Shown here piece after piece: positions 26,861-38,868 of a stretch of 64,000 nt of DNA. The stretch spans positions 62,001 through 126,000 of the forward strand of contig NIVC01000628.1 of assembly GCA_002269645.1 (NCBI GenBank), given 5' to 3'. A model generated the notes under the pieces. That model searched no databases and was not told the origin of the DNA. It worked only from the letters and a program-made list of their open reading frames with translations. Within the stretch, counting starts at the first letter, position 1. Each line of letters starts with the position of its first letter. Origin of the DNA: Macrostomum lignano (lineage: Eukaryota). The position numbers and the translations under genes are program-made.

Positions 26861-27239
26861 TCGTATAAACCATAGACGTAAAGACTTTACGGGATATTAT
26901 TGAATATTACCAAATAAAATCCCGGAGAAGGCAAATATTGTCACGGAAAGTCTTTATTTTTATGGATTATTGACTATTTTAATTGACTCTTTTTGGCACT
27001 TTAATGACGCGATCCGTGGCAACGCTGCATCTTTTAATTTTTGTGCTTGGTCTTGATTTTCTTCACTTTGAGAATTTTGTTTTTTTATTCTTAAAAATTT
27101 TATAAGCGTGATAGGCTATATAGTTACATAAGATGGCACAATAGTAATAGGAATGATTACGAGCATCCTACTGAGTCCTCCGCACATGCAAGCGCCCCAA
27201 TACTGTACGCAGGCACAGCACTTACACACAAGCTCACAC

Positions 27240-28068
27240 TGTTGTTGCTGTAGTAGTAGTTGTTGTTGCTGTAGTAGTAGTTGTTGTTGCTGTAGTAGTA
27301 GTTGTTGTTGCTGTAGTAGTAGTTGTTGCTGTAGTTGTTGCTGTAGTTGTTGCTGTAGTAGTAGTAGTTGTTGCTGTAGTAGTAGTTGTTGCTGTAGTAG
27401 TAGTTGTTGTTGCTGTAGTAGTAGTTGTTGCTGTAGTAGTAGTTGTTGCTGTAGTAGTAGTTGTTGTTGCTGTAGTTGTTGCTGTAGTAGTAGTTGTTGT
27501 TGCTGTAGTAGTAGTTGTTGCTGTAGTAGTAGTTGTTGTTGCTGTAGTTGTTGCTGTAGTAGTAGTTGTTGTTGCTGTAGTAGTAGTTGTTGCTGTAGTT
27601 GTTGCTGTAGTTGTTGCTGTAGTAGTAGTAGTTGTTGCTGTAGTAGTAGTTGTTGTTGCTGTAGTAGTAGTTGTTGCTGTAGTAGTAGTTGTTGTTGCTG
27701 TAGTTGTTGCTGTAGTAGTAGTTGTTGTTGCTGTAGTAGTAGTTGTTGCTGTAGTTGTTGCTGTAGTTGTTGCTGTAGTAGTAGTAGTTGTTGCTGTAGT
27801 AGTAGTTGTTGTTGCTGTAGTAGTAGTTGTTGCTGTAGTAGTAGTTGTTGCTGTAGTAGTAGTTGTTGTTGCTGTAGTTGTTGCTGTAGTAGTAGTTGTT
27901 GTTGCTGTAGTAGTAGTTGTTGTTGCTGTAGTAGTAGTTGTTGCTGTAGTAGTAGTTGTTGTTGCTGTAGTTGTTGCTGTAGTTGTTGCTGTAGTTGTTG
28001 CTGTAGTTGTTGCTGTAGTTGTTGTTGGTGTAGTAGTAGTAGTAGTAGTAGTAGTTGTTGTTGTTGTT
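27240..28068. repeat. Mixed trinucleotide array (GTT)n/(GTA)n/GCT
   Basis: Read directly; on the minus strand it begins (AAC)n(TAC)n directly after the LINE-like fragment. Confidence 0.95.
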
Positions 28069-28293
28069 AATGCCAGCCACCTTTCATCAACGGCTAGGGG
28101 CCTCCTCCCTGGCCTCCCATGGCGGGTGACCTCGCCAGCATTCCTAGTCGTAGTATTTCAGAGCTTCTTCCAGTTGCTCACAAACCGCCCGAAGGCCACT
28201 GCAACACCACGCCCTCCTTCCATCCGTCGCCGGGCAGTCCCAGACATGCTGCATTGTCTCGTCTTCCATGTCGCAACACCGGCGTAAGCTTTC
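28069..28293 (-). mobile_element. 5'-truncated non-LTR retrotransposon (LINE) 3' end: RRCCDMEDETMQHVWDCPA...EEALKYYD*, short 3' UTR, then triplet tail
   Basis: CxxC..ETxxHxxxC(P)-like zinc knuckle typical of LINE ORF2 C-termini (first Cys pair degenerate), stop at 28144-28146, about 75 bp UTR, (AAC)n tail. Confidence 0.5.
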
Positions 28294-29224
28294 CTATCCC
28301 TATCCTCTTCCTGTAGGCCGCCAATTCGATCGAGTGGCCTGTGCGCATCTAAGTAAATCTAAGTAACTTTTTACAGTGTGCCTTATTTATTAACACTATC
28401 ATTAAAGTTTCTGTCTAACTTTTATCGCATAATTGCGATTGCTTGGAAAAAATCAAACCTCTAGTGAACAATTGCTTTACTAATTTTAAATTCAAAGTAG
28501 GTCGACTTTAAATGTCGAATCTGAAGGCACGAGAAAGTTGCGGCTCAAGTGTGAGATGCAGCGACTCCGCCTGATTCAGGTGGTCAGCGCGTTGCTATGC
28601 ACACAGTTTTTTACAGCACTGGCAAAGCTCAGTGTACACCCAGCAGCACCGCACACTCCCCCCCCCCCAGAGAGTGTGCATGCACTCTGCTGTGCCTTTC
28701 ACAAGAGAGGCTGGCACAATGAGCTCGCAGGTAAAGGGCAGGGGCAGGGGCGGGTTTGGGCAGACTGAAAGCATTAAAAAGCAGGTTTTGGCAGACTGGC
28801 GATGCCACAAAGCAGAGTTTTGAGCCTACCTCAATTAATCCACTTCTTCTGCGAAGTGTATCGGTAAGTTTTCGAACCATATTGTCTGTTTGAATCGACT
28901 CTTAAATCGATAATCCATCAAATCTGCATTTGTTCGCACGATTAAAATTATCTAAGTTTGTTCAATGGGAGTTGAATTACACATTTGCTTCATATGACAA
29001 GGTTTGAAAAGACTTCATTAGGCGCTTATGTCTGCACAGTTCTCAATCTGCATTCAGTAATCTGAGCTGTCGAACTTGAGTTCCCTTCCAGTTCGGCTTA
29101 TCTTAACTGCTAGAGTTGCACTTCGCATTTCTTTTGTAGCGGATGTACTCAGTTATGAACAGAAGAACTCACGCATAAGCTTCGCCACGAACTTACTCAT
29201 AAGCTCCCCCATGAAATCACTCAA

Positions 29225-29820
29225 AGCTCCACCATGAGCTCACACATAAGCTCCACCATGAACTCACTCATAAAGCTCCATCATGAACTCACTCATAAAG
29301 CTCCATCATGAACTCACTCATAAAGCTCCACCATGAACTCACTCATAAAGCTCCATCATGAACTCACTGATAAAGCTCCATCATGAACCCACTCATAAAG
29401 CTCCATCATGAACTCACTCATAAAGCTCCACCATGAACTCACTCATAAAGCTCCCCCGTGAACTCACTCATAAAACTCCATCATGAACTCACTCATAAAG
29501 CTCCCCGTGAACTCACTCATAAAACTCCCCCGTGAACCCACTCATAAAGCTCCACCATGAACTCACTCATAAAGCTCCATCATGAACTCACTCATAAAGC
29601 TCCACCATGAACTCACTCATAAAGCTCCACCATGAGCTCACTCATAAAGCTCCACCATGAGCTCACTCATAAAGCTCCACCATGAACTCACTCATAAAGC
29701 TTCACCATCAACTCACTCATAAAGCTCCATCATGAACTCACTCATAAAGCTCAATCATGAACTCACTCATAAAGCTCCACCATGAGCTCACTCATAAGCT
29801 CCACCATGAACTCACTCACA
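29225..29820. repeat. About 25-bp minisatellite (CATGAACTCACTCATAAAGCTCCA[C/T])n
   Basis: Read directly; ends about 25 bp before the ATG at 29845. Confidence 0.93.
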
Positions 29821-29844
29821 AACTCCTACAGCTAACAACCAGCA

Positions 29845-30678
29845 ATGGGTTCCTCGGCTGGCAAGGAAGAGCAGCCGCCGCCGCCGCAGTGGCGGGAGGC
29901 CGGGCGCACCGTGCCGGATCCGCGCGATCCGCCCGACGAAGAAGGCGCCGGTCGGAACTTTGACTTCGGCGATAGGGTCCGGCGCCAGCAGCCGGAACGA
30001 GCGGCGCCAACTGGCGAGCGCGGCATCGGACGCCCGTCCGATCCGTCCTCGGGAGCCGGAGGCGGCGGCGGCGGCAACCGCGAGTTCATCCGGGTCGGCG
30101 ACAGGCTGGAGAACAAGCCGATGGACAAGTTGCAGCACGGCCTGGGCGACCCAAAGCGGGAGAAATTCAAAGCGCCAGTTGACAAGAAGAAGCTGCGAGG
30201 CACCGTGGCGACTGAGAAGCAGCCAGGAGCCACGGCTGGCCGGCAGGTGCTGAACTGGGAGGAGGTGGACAACACCAGCTCCTACGTTGTGATATCGAAG
30301 CCACAGATGCTGGTGGAAGACGCCGAGCCCTACAATAAGAGGCCGTTGCCAACTTTTCGCAGAGGCGCTGACGTGGCCGAACTCGATGAAGAAGAGCTCG
30401 AGGCCAGACGGGAGGCGGAGCTGCTGCCGCTGGAGCAGCAGGTCGACCCGGGCGTCAACATTGACGGCTTGGAGATCGACACTGTCGGCTACCAGGCCAG
30501 GCTGGACCCCCTGCCGCTGCTGCTGCCGCGCAAGGCAAATGTGCCGAGGGAGGACTACCTGGGCACCGCCTGCGGCCAGGATGTCCTGGGCGTGGAGGAC
30601 GACGGCTACGCCAGAGACGTTGGCCGGCTGCCAAATGGGGAGAGAATAAACTTGCTGCGCATCATTAGCCAGTATTGA
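29845..30678 (+). CDS. Uncharacterised 277-aa single-exon protein (family not recognised)
   Basis: Long non-repetitive ORF with strong G/C third positions like the other exons here; ATG preceded by acceptor-like CTACAG/AACCAG; clean stop; bounded by arrays on both sides. Confidence 0.78.
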   Translation: MGSSAGKEEQPPPPQWREAGRTVPDPRDPPDEEGAGRNFDFGDRVRRQQPERAAPTGERGIGRPSDPSSGAGGGGGGNREFIRVGDRLENKPMDKLQHGLGDPKREKFKAPVDKKKLRGTVATEKQPGATAGRQVLNWEEVDNTSSYVVISKPQMLVEDAEPYNKRPLPTFRRGADVAELDEEELEARREAELLPLEQQVDPGVNIDGLEIDTVGYQARLDPLPLLLPRKANVPREDYLGTACGQDVLGVEDDGYARDVGRLPNGERINLLRIISQY

Positions 30679-30721
30679 AGGGCCTGCGCTGATTGGTGAT
30701 TGGTTCTAGTCGGGGCTTAGT

Positions 30722-32052
30722 TGTTCGCTGTGTCAGTGAGGATGTTTGCTGTGTCAGTGAGGCTGTTCGCTGTGTCAGTGAGGATGTTCGCTGTGTCAGT
30801 GAGCATGTTTTCTGTGTCAGTGAGGATGTTCGCTGTGTCAGTGAGGATGTTTGCTGTGTCAGTGAGGATGTTCGCTGTGTCATTGAGGATGTTCGCTGTG
30901 TCAGTGAGGATGTTTGCTGTGTCAGTGAGGATGTTTGCTGTGTCAGTGAGGATGTTCGCTGTGTCAGTGAGGATGTTTGCTGTGTCAGTGAGGATGTTCG
31001 CTGTGTCAGTGAGGATGTTCGCTGTGTCAGTGAGGATGTTTGCTGTGTCAGTGAGGATGTTCGCTGTGTCAGTGAGGATGTTCGCTGTGTCAGTGAGGAT
31101 GTTTGCTGTGTCAGTGAGGATGTTTGCTGTGTCAGTGAGGATGTTTGCTGTGTCAGTGAGGATTTTTGCTGTGTCAGTGAGGATATTCCCTGAGGCCAGT
31201 GAGGATGTTCGCTGTGTCAGTGAGGATGTTCGCTGTGTCAGTGAGGATGTTTGCTGTGTCAGTGAGGATGTTTGCTGTGTCAGTGAGGATGTTTGCTGTG
31301 TCAGTGAGGATGTTCGCTGTGTCAGTGAGGATGTTCGCTGTGTCAGTGAGGATGTTCGCTGTGTCAGTGAGGATGTTTGCTGTGTCAGTGAGGATGTTTG
31401 CTGTGTCAGTGAGCATGTTTGCTGTGTCAGTGAGGATGTTTGCTGTGTCAGTGAGGATGTTTGCTGTGTCAGTGAGGATGTTTGCTGTGTCAGTGAGGAT
31501 GTTTGCTGTGTCAGTGAGGATGTTTGCTGTGTCAGTGAGGATGTTTGCTGTGTCAGTGAGGATGTTTGCTGTGTCAGTGAGGATGTTCGCTGTGTCAGTG
31601 AGGATGTTTGCTGTGTCAGTGAGGATGTTCGCTGTGTCAGTGAGGATGTTTGCTGTGTCAGTGAGGATGTTTGCTGTGTCAGTGAGCATGTTTGCTGTGT
31701 CAGTGAGGATGTTTGCTGTGTCAGTGAGGATGTTTGCTGTGTCAGTGAGGATGTTTGCTGTGTCAGTGAGGATGTTTGCTGTGTCAGTGAGGATGTTTGC
31801 TGTGTCAGTGAGGATGTTTGCTGTGTCAGTGAGGATGTTTGCTGTGTCAGTGAGGATGTTCGCTGTGTCAGTGAGGATGTTTGCTGTGTCAGTGAGGATG
31901 TTCGCTGTGCCATGAGGATATTCCCTGAGGTCAGTGAGGGAGGATATTTCATGAGGTCAGTGAGGATATTCCCTGAGGTCAGTGAGGGAGGATATTCCCT
32001 GAGGCCAGTGAGGATTTTCCCTGAGGTCAGTGAGGACGTTCGCTGTGTCAGT
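30722..32052. repeat. 21-bp minisatellite (GTCAGTGAGGATGTT[T/C]GCTGT)n, about 60 copies, with ATATTCCCTGAG variants
   Basis: Read directly; source of the VSEDVCC/MFAVSVR ORFs. Confidence 0.96.
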
Positions 32053-35000
32053 GACGCAATGCAATGCGGTATCGTGTATTGACTCAAGTAGTACGCGTAC
32101 TTTATAGCATACTGTAAAATACTTCTCCAGTATTGGTATCAATATTTTTCGCTAAATATATACCCAACAATGCGACTGCTTTACAAGAAGCCGCGAAGCA
32201 GAAATTCTCTGAATAAATTTCGTTTCAATGCCATGCACATAGGCTTTACATCGTAAATGGTGAGCTCTCATTCTGAAGAGAATGAACTTACAAGCTTTAC
32301 TGGAGCTGGGACCGGATTCCCGCAGTGACCTGGGGTCGGGGGTCTGCAGTCAGAGGCCTGCAGTAACAACACAGAATTGCTTTCATTTCGTGCTCAAGAG
32401 GACTCCTCAATGGCAGCCATGATTCCGTGCCCTAGGTAGGCAACCTCGCCCCTCCCAGGTCCGGATGGCTGGATCAGAAGTTACCTTTCGCGTGCGGTGG
32501 TCCTCATGGTATTTGGTTTCTGGGGAGAGCATGACAGACTCGGGAAGGATCAAAGCTGGTCTGTCTGTACTCGACTCACTGCGCAGCACCTTGCAGTATC
32601 TTAACTAATTCGCAATTCAGAAATTGTTCCCCACCAAGCTTTCCTTTCTGCCTTCTTCTGGATGATCTGCCTGTCACGCGGCACAGAGCGAGGAATATAA
32701 TGCGAAGATGAATCCTTTCTTATGAAGGCTTTTATAACAATTTTTCATTGCTTACATAATTCAATTAATTCATCGAGTATATTGATTATTCCTAACAAAA
32801 TCGATAAAAGGGGATTGACTTAGCTGGAAACTCTTTCAACACGATACTACTTGCATGATTTACCAATGAATCACTTGGATTACCAATGAATTGCAAGAAG
32901 GAATGCAACTCAGTTAATGCAGACGTTCTGGCCCCGAAGTACGAATTAACGTTCCGAATATTAAAGAGGCACTGAAAGACCACTAGTGGCAACAGCATCG
33001 GAGCAATAAAGAATTAAGCCAATTAGGCTCCAAATTTTGTGCACCTAAGCGGAATCGATCCTCGGATCCTGTCGCGTGAGCCAGACGCGTCACTTCTGAG
33101 ATGCTCTCTGCCTCCCTTCCACAGGATTGGGCTGCTGTCGGTCGCTTTCACAACGTCGAAATCCACTACGGAGATAGGCAATTATGATCGGCATGTATGA
33201 ATTTTCCAATCTCCGCATGGCTTTTTGAGTCATGCCAGCCACAACTGAGGTGCTCTGAATTCTCCGCCTTCAACGTCTACCAGGTGCACGTCTGACAAAC
33301 GGCCAATCGTTTTTTCTGCTACTTGGTTGGCGTAATTACGTCGTAAATCCTAGGAGTACCTTGCGAGAAGTTTACGAACTCACGTCTGGGACATTTAACA
33401 GCTGCTGTCCTTTCCTGGCACGCAATCAACCGTCTGCTCAGACATGCAGTGTCGGCACTACTGGAATTTAAGCATCCCATTGGTGACTGCCGTGCGCCTT
33501 TTTACTCAATTGACAGGTCCACAAACACGGATGTCTCAGGAGTTTCCTATAGGCCTTTTTTAGATGGCTTTAGCGTTTAGGTAGCCCACCCAAGGACGAC
33601 TTAAGTAACGTATATATCTACTTAAGTAGTCCTTGAGCCCAGCCTTAGATACCGTAGCTTAGTGGTCGCCAGAGGGGTTAACGGAATGAAGCCAAATAAA
33701 GTAAGTCCAAGGCCGATCAAAAATAAAAATGTTGATTATTTACAACGGATTGCGGTGTAAACAGAGTATTCATTGCATCAAATGTTTTTGGCGAGTTTTT
33801 CTTCTACAGGACCATAATAAATAAAAATTATTAAGGCGATCATAGCAGGAACGGAGTGCCCCAGCTAATGACTGAAGTTTTACCAATTTGGGCGAGGCAA
33901 AACCACGCATTTTATGCCCGGAACATTAGGCTCGTTTATAGGACTCTGCTGTCTTCCATCCACAGGAAGACTGTCTAATTGCATAGAGGATGACGATAGC
34001 TCATACGTGTCGAATTCGATCGGGACTGCAATTAATTCTGGGGCCGATTAAGCGTCATCAATAAGACTAAAATTAAGGAGGCTGCAGGTTTCACCATGCT
34101 TTCGTGATCAATTTCTGCCTTGAGCTGTGCGATGTTATATAACTTATGCTTGCTTTAGAGCGATTGGAGTGAGCAGTGACAGCAAGAGTGACTGCAGGCT
34201 GGGTGCTTGGGGAAACAAGAGTTAGAGAGAGTTTCTGCGATCTGTCTGAGACTAGCCATGGCCTACTTGATGTATCCGTAAGATTTAACAGGAGTGACAG
34301 TGACCAGTGACGTCGAAGTTGAAGTGGAGTTGAAAATGTTTAAAGTGAGAGTTTTAAATGAGAACAATGGCTTTGAAACCGTTCACGGAGTATAAAACAA
34401 TTTGTAGCGGTATATAGTTATCAAATACTCGTAATATTACGTGGCTAAAACTATATAATAGCTGGAAAGTTGTTATTGGTCTGGTAATTATGAATGTTAT
34501 TCACAATTTATTTATCAAGTGAAGCAATCAATCGCGCGAAAAAGTCGAAGAATATAGAATAAATCTTAAAAAATAATAAGCAGGGAGCAGGGCATTACGA
34601 GTACGACTGTACTGCGATCGAGGCTGGCTATCGTAGAGTTTCTTAGACCTTGAGAAGCTGCATTTATTAATTATCATATTTTCAAAGGCATGCTTGAATG
34701 CTTATTTTGCTACCGTCTCGCTAATTAGAGACGATTGACCTCATAATACTGAATATATAATTCGATTCGTGGAGTCTAGCACTCGAACTCCTTGAAATTA
34801 ACTTGTGGAAAGAAAATGGTTTGACTAAGAAAGTTTCCCAGATCCTTAATCCAATTAAACTTAAGAATTCCTTCCTCTCGCCCTCTTTCCAGTGTGCATT
34901 TTCACAAGTCAATTTGCATGTGGATCTGATTATTATTCAGTAAATATTTCAATCAATCTTCGATGCAAATTCAATTTTTCATCAACCACCAGGCAACAAT

Positions 35001-37847
35001 CACTTATCAATTGCCATATTCTCATTACATGGCCAGTCTGTTCAGGGATTAATTTTTTTAAATGTGACATCACGTACATGTACATGTAATTCAAACAATA
35101 CACAGACATGTGTAAAGGGTTTATTTGTCTATAAATATCGAAAATATCGCTGCGTGGAAAATAATGCAAAAACAAATAATACAGACAGATGCATCGGTTT
35201 GCGCGAGCCCGCGAGGGCTAACCAACCAACCGCCTTAAGGTGCATGAGGGGGGCTGTTTGGGTTGTTGGCTGTCTGGTGGGGGGGGGGGTGATACTTTGT
35301 ACATGTATTTAGGCACTTTGCTTTCGTTAGAATTGTTTCTCGCTAATTTATTAATTTTAAACCTTGTCTATTCCGTTCATTTTAACAATTACATGAAATA
35401 AATACTATCGACTGAACTGGGGTGCATCTCCTAGCTTTTCGCCGCATCCCCGTCGCCACGCCACACTCGGTTTGTCTTTGCCTCCCCTTCACTAATAAAG
35501 TAGAAAAATAACATCCAGCATTCTATTGCATGCACGAATTCACACATTGAGACTGCCTGCTGTATGCATGCTGCATACATGTACATGCATGCGCATTGCA
35601 CATGTTTGTGTTAAAGCCAAGATACGCCATTAAATATAAAGATATAAATGTTACCAATTTAAGCCTAGGTGTAGACATTGATTTCAGTGACGTTAGAGAA
35701 AATAGTACAATTATCTTCTTGTTAAATGCTGCCGGACAGTAGTTCTTCCGGTTTGAAATATTCGCGTCGGGGAAATTTTTTTCTTTCTCACAGTCTAACA
35801 AATCAAGCATGCACACTATTTTAGATTTTTTAAGTTTTTGTTTCTTCTAAAAGCCTAATTTTATTTTTTTATGAGAAAACGTTTTACATTTTTTTATATT
35901 TGAGACAGTAATAAAAACCAAAAAAATTTAAAATATACATAAAAAGGGACAATTAGGAATATATTATTTATCATATGACCAACACCTATTAGTATATATG
36001 CGGTATAGGCTGTATAATTTATATAACTTAGCCTTACTAAACAAGAAATAGAATATAAAACAGCTGTTATTCAATAGACAATAATATATCGATAAAGCCA
36101 TTGATAAGTATTTGATACTATGATTTTAAAAGGCATACATTTTATCACATTTTTGCCTCTCTTCTCATTCATATTAAATTGAGAAGTTTAGAATGAAATA
36201 GAAAGACATAAATCACATACAGGTATATTGATACCTAGGATAAATTAGTAAGTTTTGAGACAGTTATGCCTTAAATCCTACATTTTCTTTTAGGCCTAAT
36301 CTAAAGCATAATTTTGCATGTCTTTTAATGTGAAGCAATTCTTTTATTATTTTTTTATTAGGCTTTGTTTGTCTCATTTGTGAGTTCAATAAACAATTGA
36401 GAATATACAAATTTTAAACTGAAAAATTTGTTTCTAGTTTTAATAAAATACCTCATTTTATATGATATATTATTTAAGTTTTTAAAGCTTTAGACTTTCA
36501 AAACATTGAAATAATAATAATAAAAAATAAAGTAAATAATGATATCTATATTAGTATACTATTAATTATAAGTCTATGATTTAAAAATAATTTAAAGACA
36601 TTGATTTGTTTGCAGATCTATTTTTCCTTTAAATTAGGCCTAATAATATAATTATCAGTATTAATAATTGTATTAAAATTGTTGGGCACTAGTCCATTAA
36701 TAGCTTTATAAACATTAAAATTTTTCATTAACATTATTGGACTGTCATTAATGTTTTTTGCTATAACAAGTTAATAAATTTTCATTAATAATTTTTTGAG
36801 TTAATGCCAATAATAAATTCATGGTTACAATTAATGACAATGCCAATAAGAAAAAAACTAAAATATTAGTCTAATGAGAAGTTACAACATAACAAATATA
36901 TTTTAATTACCAAAGTGCTAATTATTCTATTTTGTTTGTGATGATAATCAAAATCAAACATATAGGCCTATAACAACTTCTTACTTATGAACCTCAATTT
37001 AATGAATAAAAATTATGAACTTTTTGCTTGCATATGAGCATCACTGTGATTCACTTCTTTCCCAATATTTTATATCTTTCTATTGTGCCTGCTAGTGCTA
37101 TTGAAACAACCTTCCTATTCACATTTCTATTAACTAATTGGCTTTGAAGTTTCAAATAAATAAGCTACTTGTTTTATGTTATACTTACAGTATTTTTCAT
37201 TTAATATTTTGCTTATTATTTGTTACTTTTTTACTTTTAACTTCCTTGGATGATCTGTGTCAGCTGGAAATATAGAATAGTAAAGACAGTGTATTATAAA
37301 GTATGTACAAGAAGAAAGTGCAAAATTCCTATATTTTTATGTTAACTTTCATGGATTATCACTTATCAATGATTGTCAATTAACTTTCAATCAATTTAAC
37401 AAAATTAAGAGTTAATAAGTTAAGATTTTTTGTTTTAATGCTAATGCTTTTGTCATTAATGGAAGTTAAGATTTCTATTAAGGGTGCCTAATACTAGTAC
37501 ATATTAAAGTAATATAATTTCTAATAGTGTGGTAGGCATAATTATTTTTTGGCAAAAAGTAGTTAATACCTATATCGACAACAAAAATTTCAATAATATC
37601 AAGCTAAAATTAGACTTTAACTTTGTTTATTAACTTTAACATATTTATAAAATTTGGTTGGGTCATAAATGACATAGTCATACTTTTGCTATGCTGTTGC
37701 TCAATGCTCGTAAAAGCAGACTATTTGTGCTGCCACTGCACACCAATTCTTTTCCTATAAGTTTTCTTACACAGCACTTTGAGCAAGTCTTGAGCACCTA
37801 GGCGCAGTTATCAGCAGCTGCAGTCGCGCACAAACTTCCAGCAGGAC

Positions 37848-38801
37848 ATGCCCGGAACTGGCAGCAGCCGCAAGCTGGACACTGATCTGGCCGCTAAGCT
37901 GGCCCGACGGCTGATGCGCTGCGAGGGCCGGTCTTGTCGGCACGCTTCAACCACCGACAGCGAAGGCGACGAAGACGACATTGATGCGCAGATCCGACGC
38001 CGGCAGCGCCAGGACGGCGGCGGCATCAGCCTCTGTCCGCAGTTGGCGCTGAAGCTGGCCAGCCGGCTGGAGAAGTCCGAGTCCTGCGATAGCGGCGTCT
38101 CCGTGGCCTCGTCCTCCTTCTGTCTGACGGCCGCACCAGCGCCGGCCAGCAGCCTCTGCGACGCCGACGCCAGCCGGTCGCTGCCGGTCAGCCGGCGCGG
38201 CTCCCTGGAGGCCGAGTTTCCCTCCCTGCCACGGCGGGAGCTGCTGCGCCTGCGCGACCTCTTCTCCGCTCAGGCCGCCGACGCCGCCGCGAAAACCGAC
38301 GCCGGCATCAGCAGAGTCAGCGAGCCACGCCTGCCGCCTGAGGCCGTCGGCCGCCTGTTGGAGCAGCTGGGCACGCCGCTGACCCACCTGACGCTGCGCT
38401 CCGCCATGCGCGACCTGGACGCGGCCGGACCGGACGGCCGGATCGGCTTTCGTGGCTTCCTGGCGCTGCTCGGCCGGGCTCGCGCGGTCGCTGCTGCCGC
38501 CGTCGCCGCCGCCGCGGCTGCTTCCGCCGCATCAGCTGACAGCGAAGAGGACGGCCTGATGCCGGCGTGGATCGATGCCAGCGCCGAGGTGACCTCCGTG
38601 CCCGTTGAAGAGGTTGGCGTCCTGGAGGCGCGCAACTTCTTCGAGTCGCAGATCGCCGTTCTGCAGCAGCGCGCCAGCCGGCCGGCCGCTGCTCCGGCTG
38701 CCGCAGCGCGCTCTTTGTCTAGCAGCGAGAGGGCCCGGCGCCGGTTGTCTCCGCTGGCTGGCGCTCGCGACCAGGCGTCAGGGCCGAAGCCGGTTGATTA
38801 A
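37848..38801 (+). CDS. EFHD2-like: Divergent EF-hand domain protein, EFHD1/EFHD2 (swiprosin)-like, intronless
   Basis: EFPSLPRRELLRLRDLF, LLEQLGTPLTHLTLRSAMRDLD..DGRIGFRGFLALL and V.VEEVGVLEARNFFESQI align in order with recalled swiprosin motifs (EFPEFS, MEKLGAPQTHLGLK, DGKLSFREFLLI, GVKGAKNFFEAK). Confidence 0.85.
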   Translation: MPGTGSSRKLDTDLAAKLARRLMRCEGRSCRHASTTDSEGDEDDIDAQIRRRQRQDGGGISLCPQLALKLASRLEKSESCDSGVSVASSSFCLTAAPAPASSLCDADASRSLPVSRRGSLEAEFPSLPRRELLRLRDLFSAQAADAAAKTDAGISRVSEPRLPPEAVGRLLEQLGTPLTHLTLRSAMRDLDAAGPDGRIGFRGFLALLGRARAVAAAAVAAAAAASAASADSEEDGLMPAWIDASAEVTSVPVEEVGVLEARNFFESQIAVLQQRASRPAAAPAAAARSLSSSERARRRLSPLAGARDQASGPKPVD

Positions 38802-38868
38802 TGGATGGGAGCATAGATGAAGGAATTAGTGGATTGCTTAACTCACGGTTCTCGGTGGGCTCAAGCGA

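Noticed and set aside
27153-28080. Cys/Ser-rich (metallothionein- or keratin-associated-like) and Asn/Tyr-rich ORFs
   Set aside because: Stop-free by construction of the triplet array; better explained as an expanded retroelement tail.
30693-32087. Multiple 160-450-aa ORFs (VSEDVCC, MFAVSVR, SLTQQTS)
   Set aside because: 21-bp repeat open in several frames on both strands, starting 44 bp after a real stop codon.
32420-33190. Acceptor/donor-like sites suggesting small plus-strand exons
   Set aside because: Could not be chained into an ORF; one implied intron is only 23 bp.
33591-33635. 17-bp-stem hairpin (CAAGGACGACTTAAGTA ... TACTTAAGTAGTCCTTG) as a Helitron end
   Set aside because: No CTRR terminus at the expected distance and no second copy in the window.
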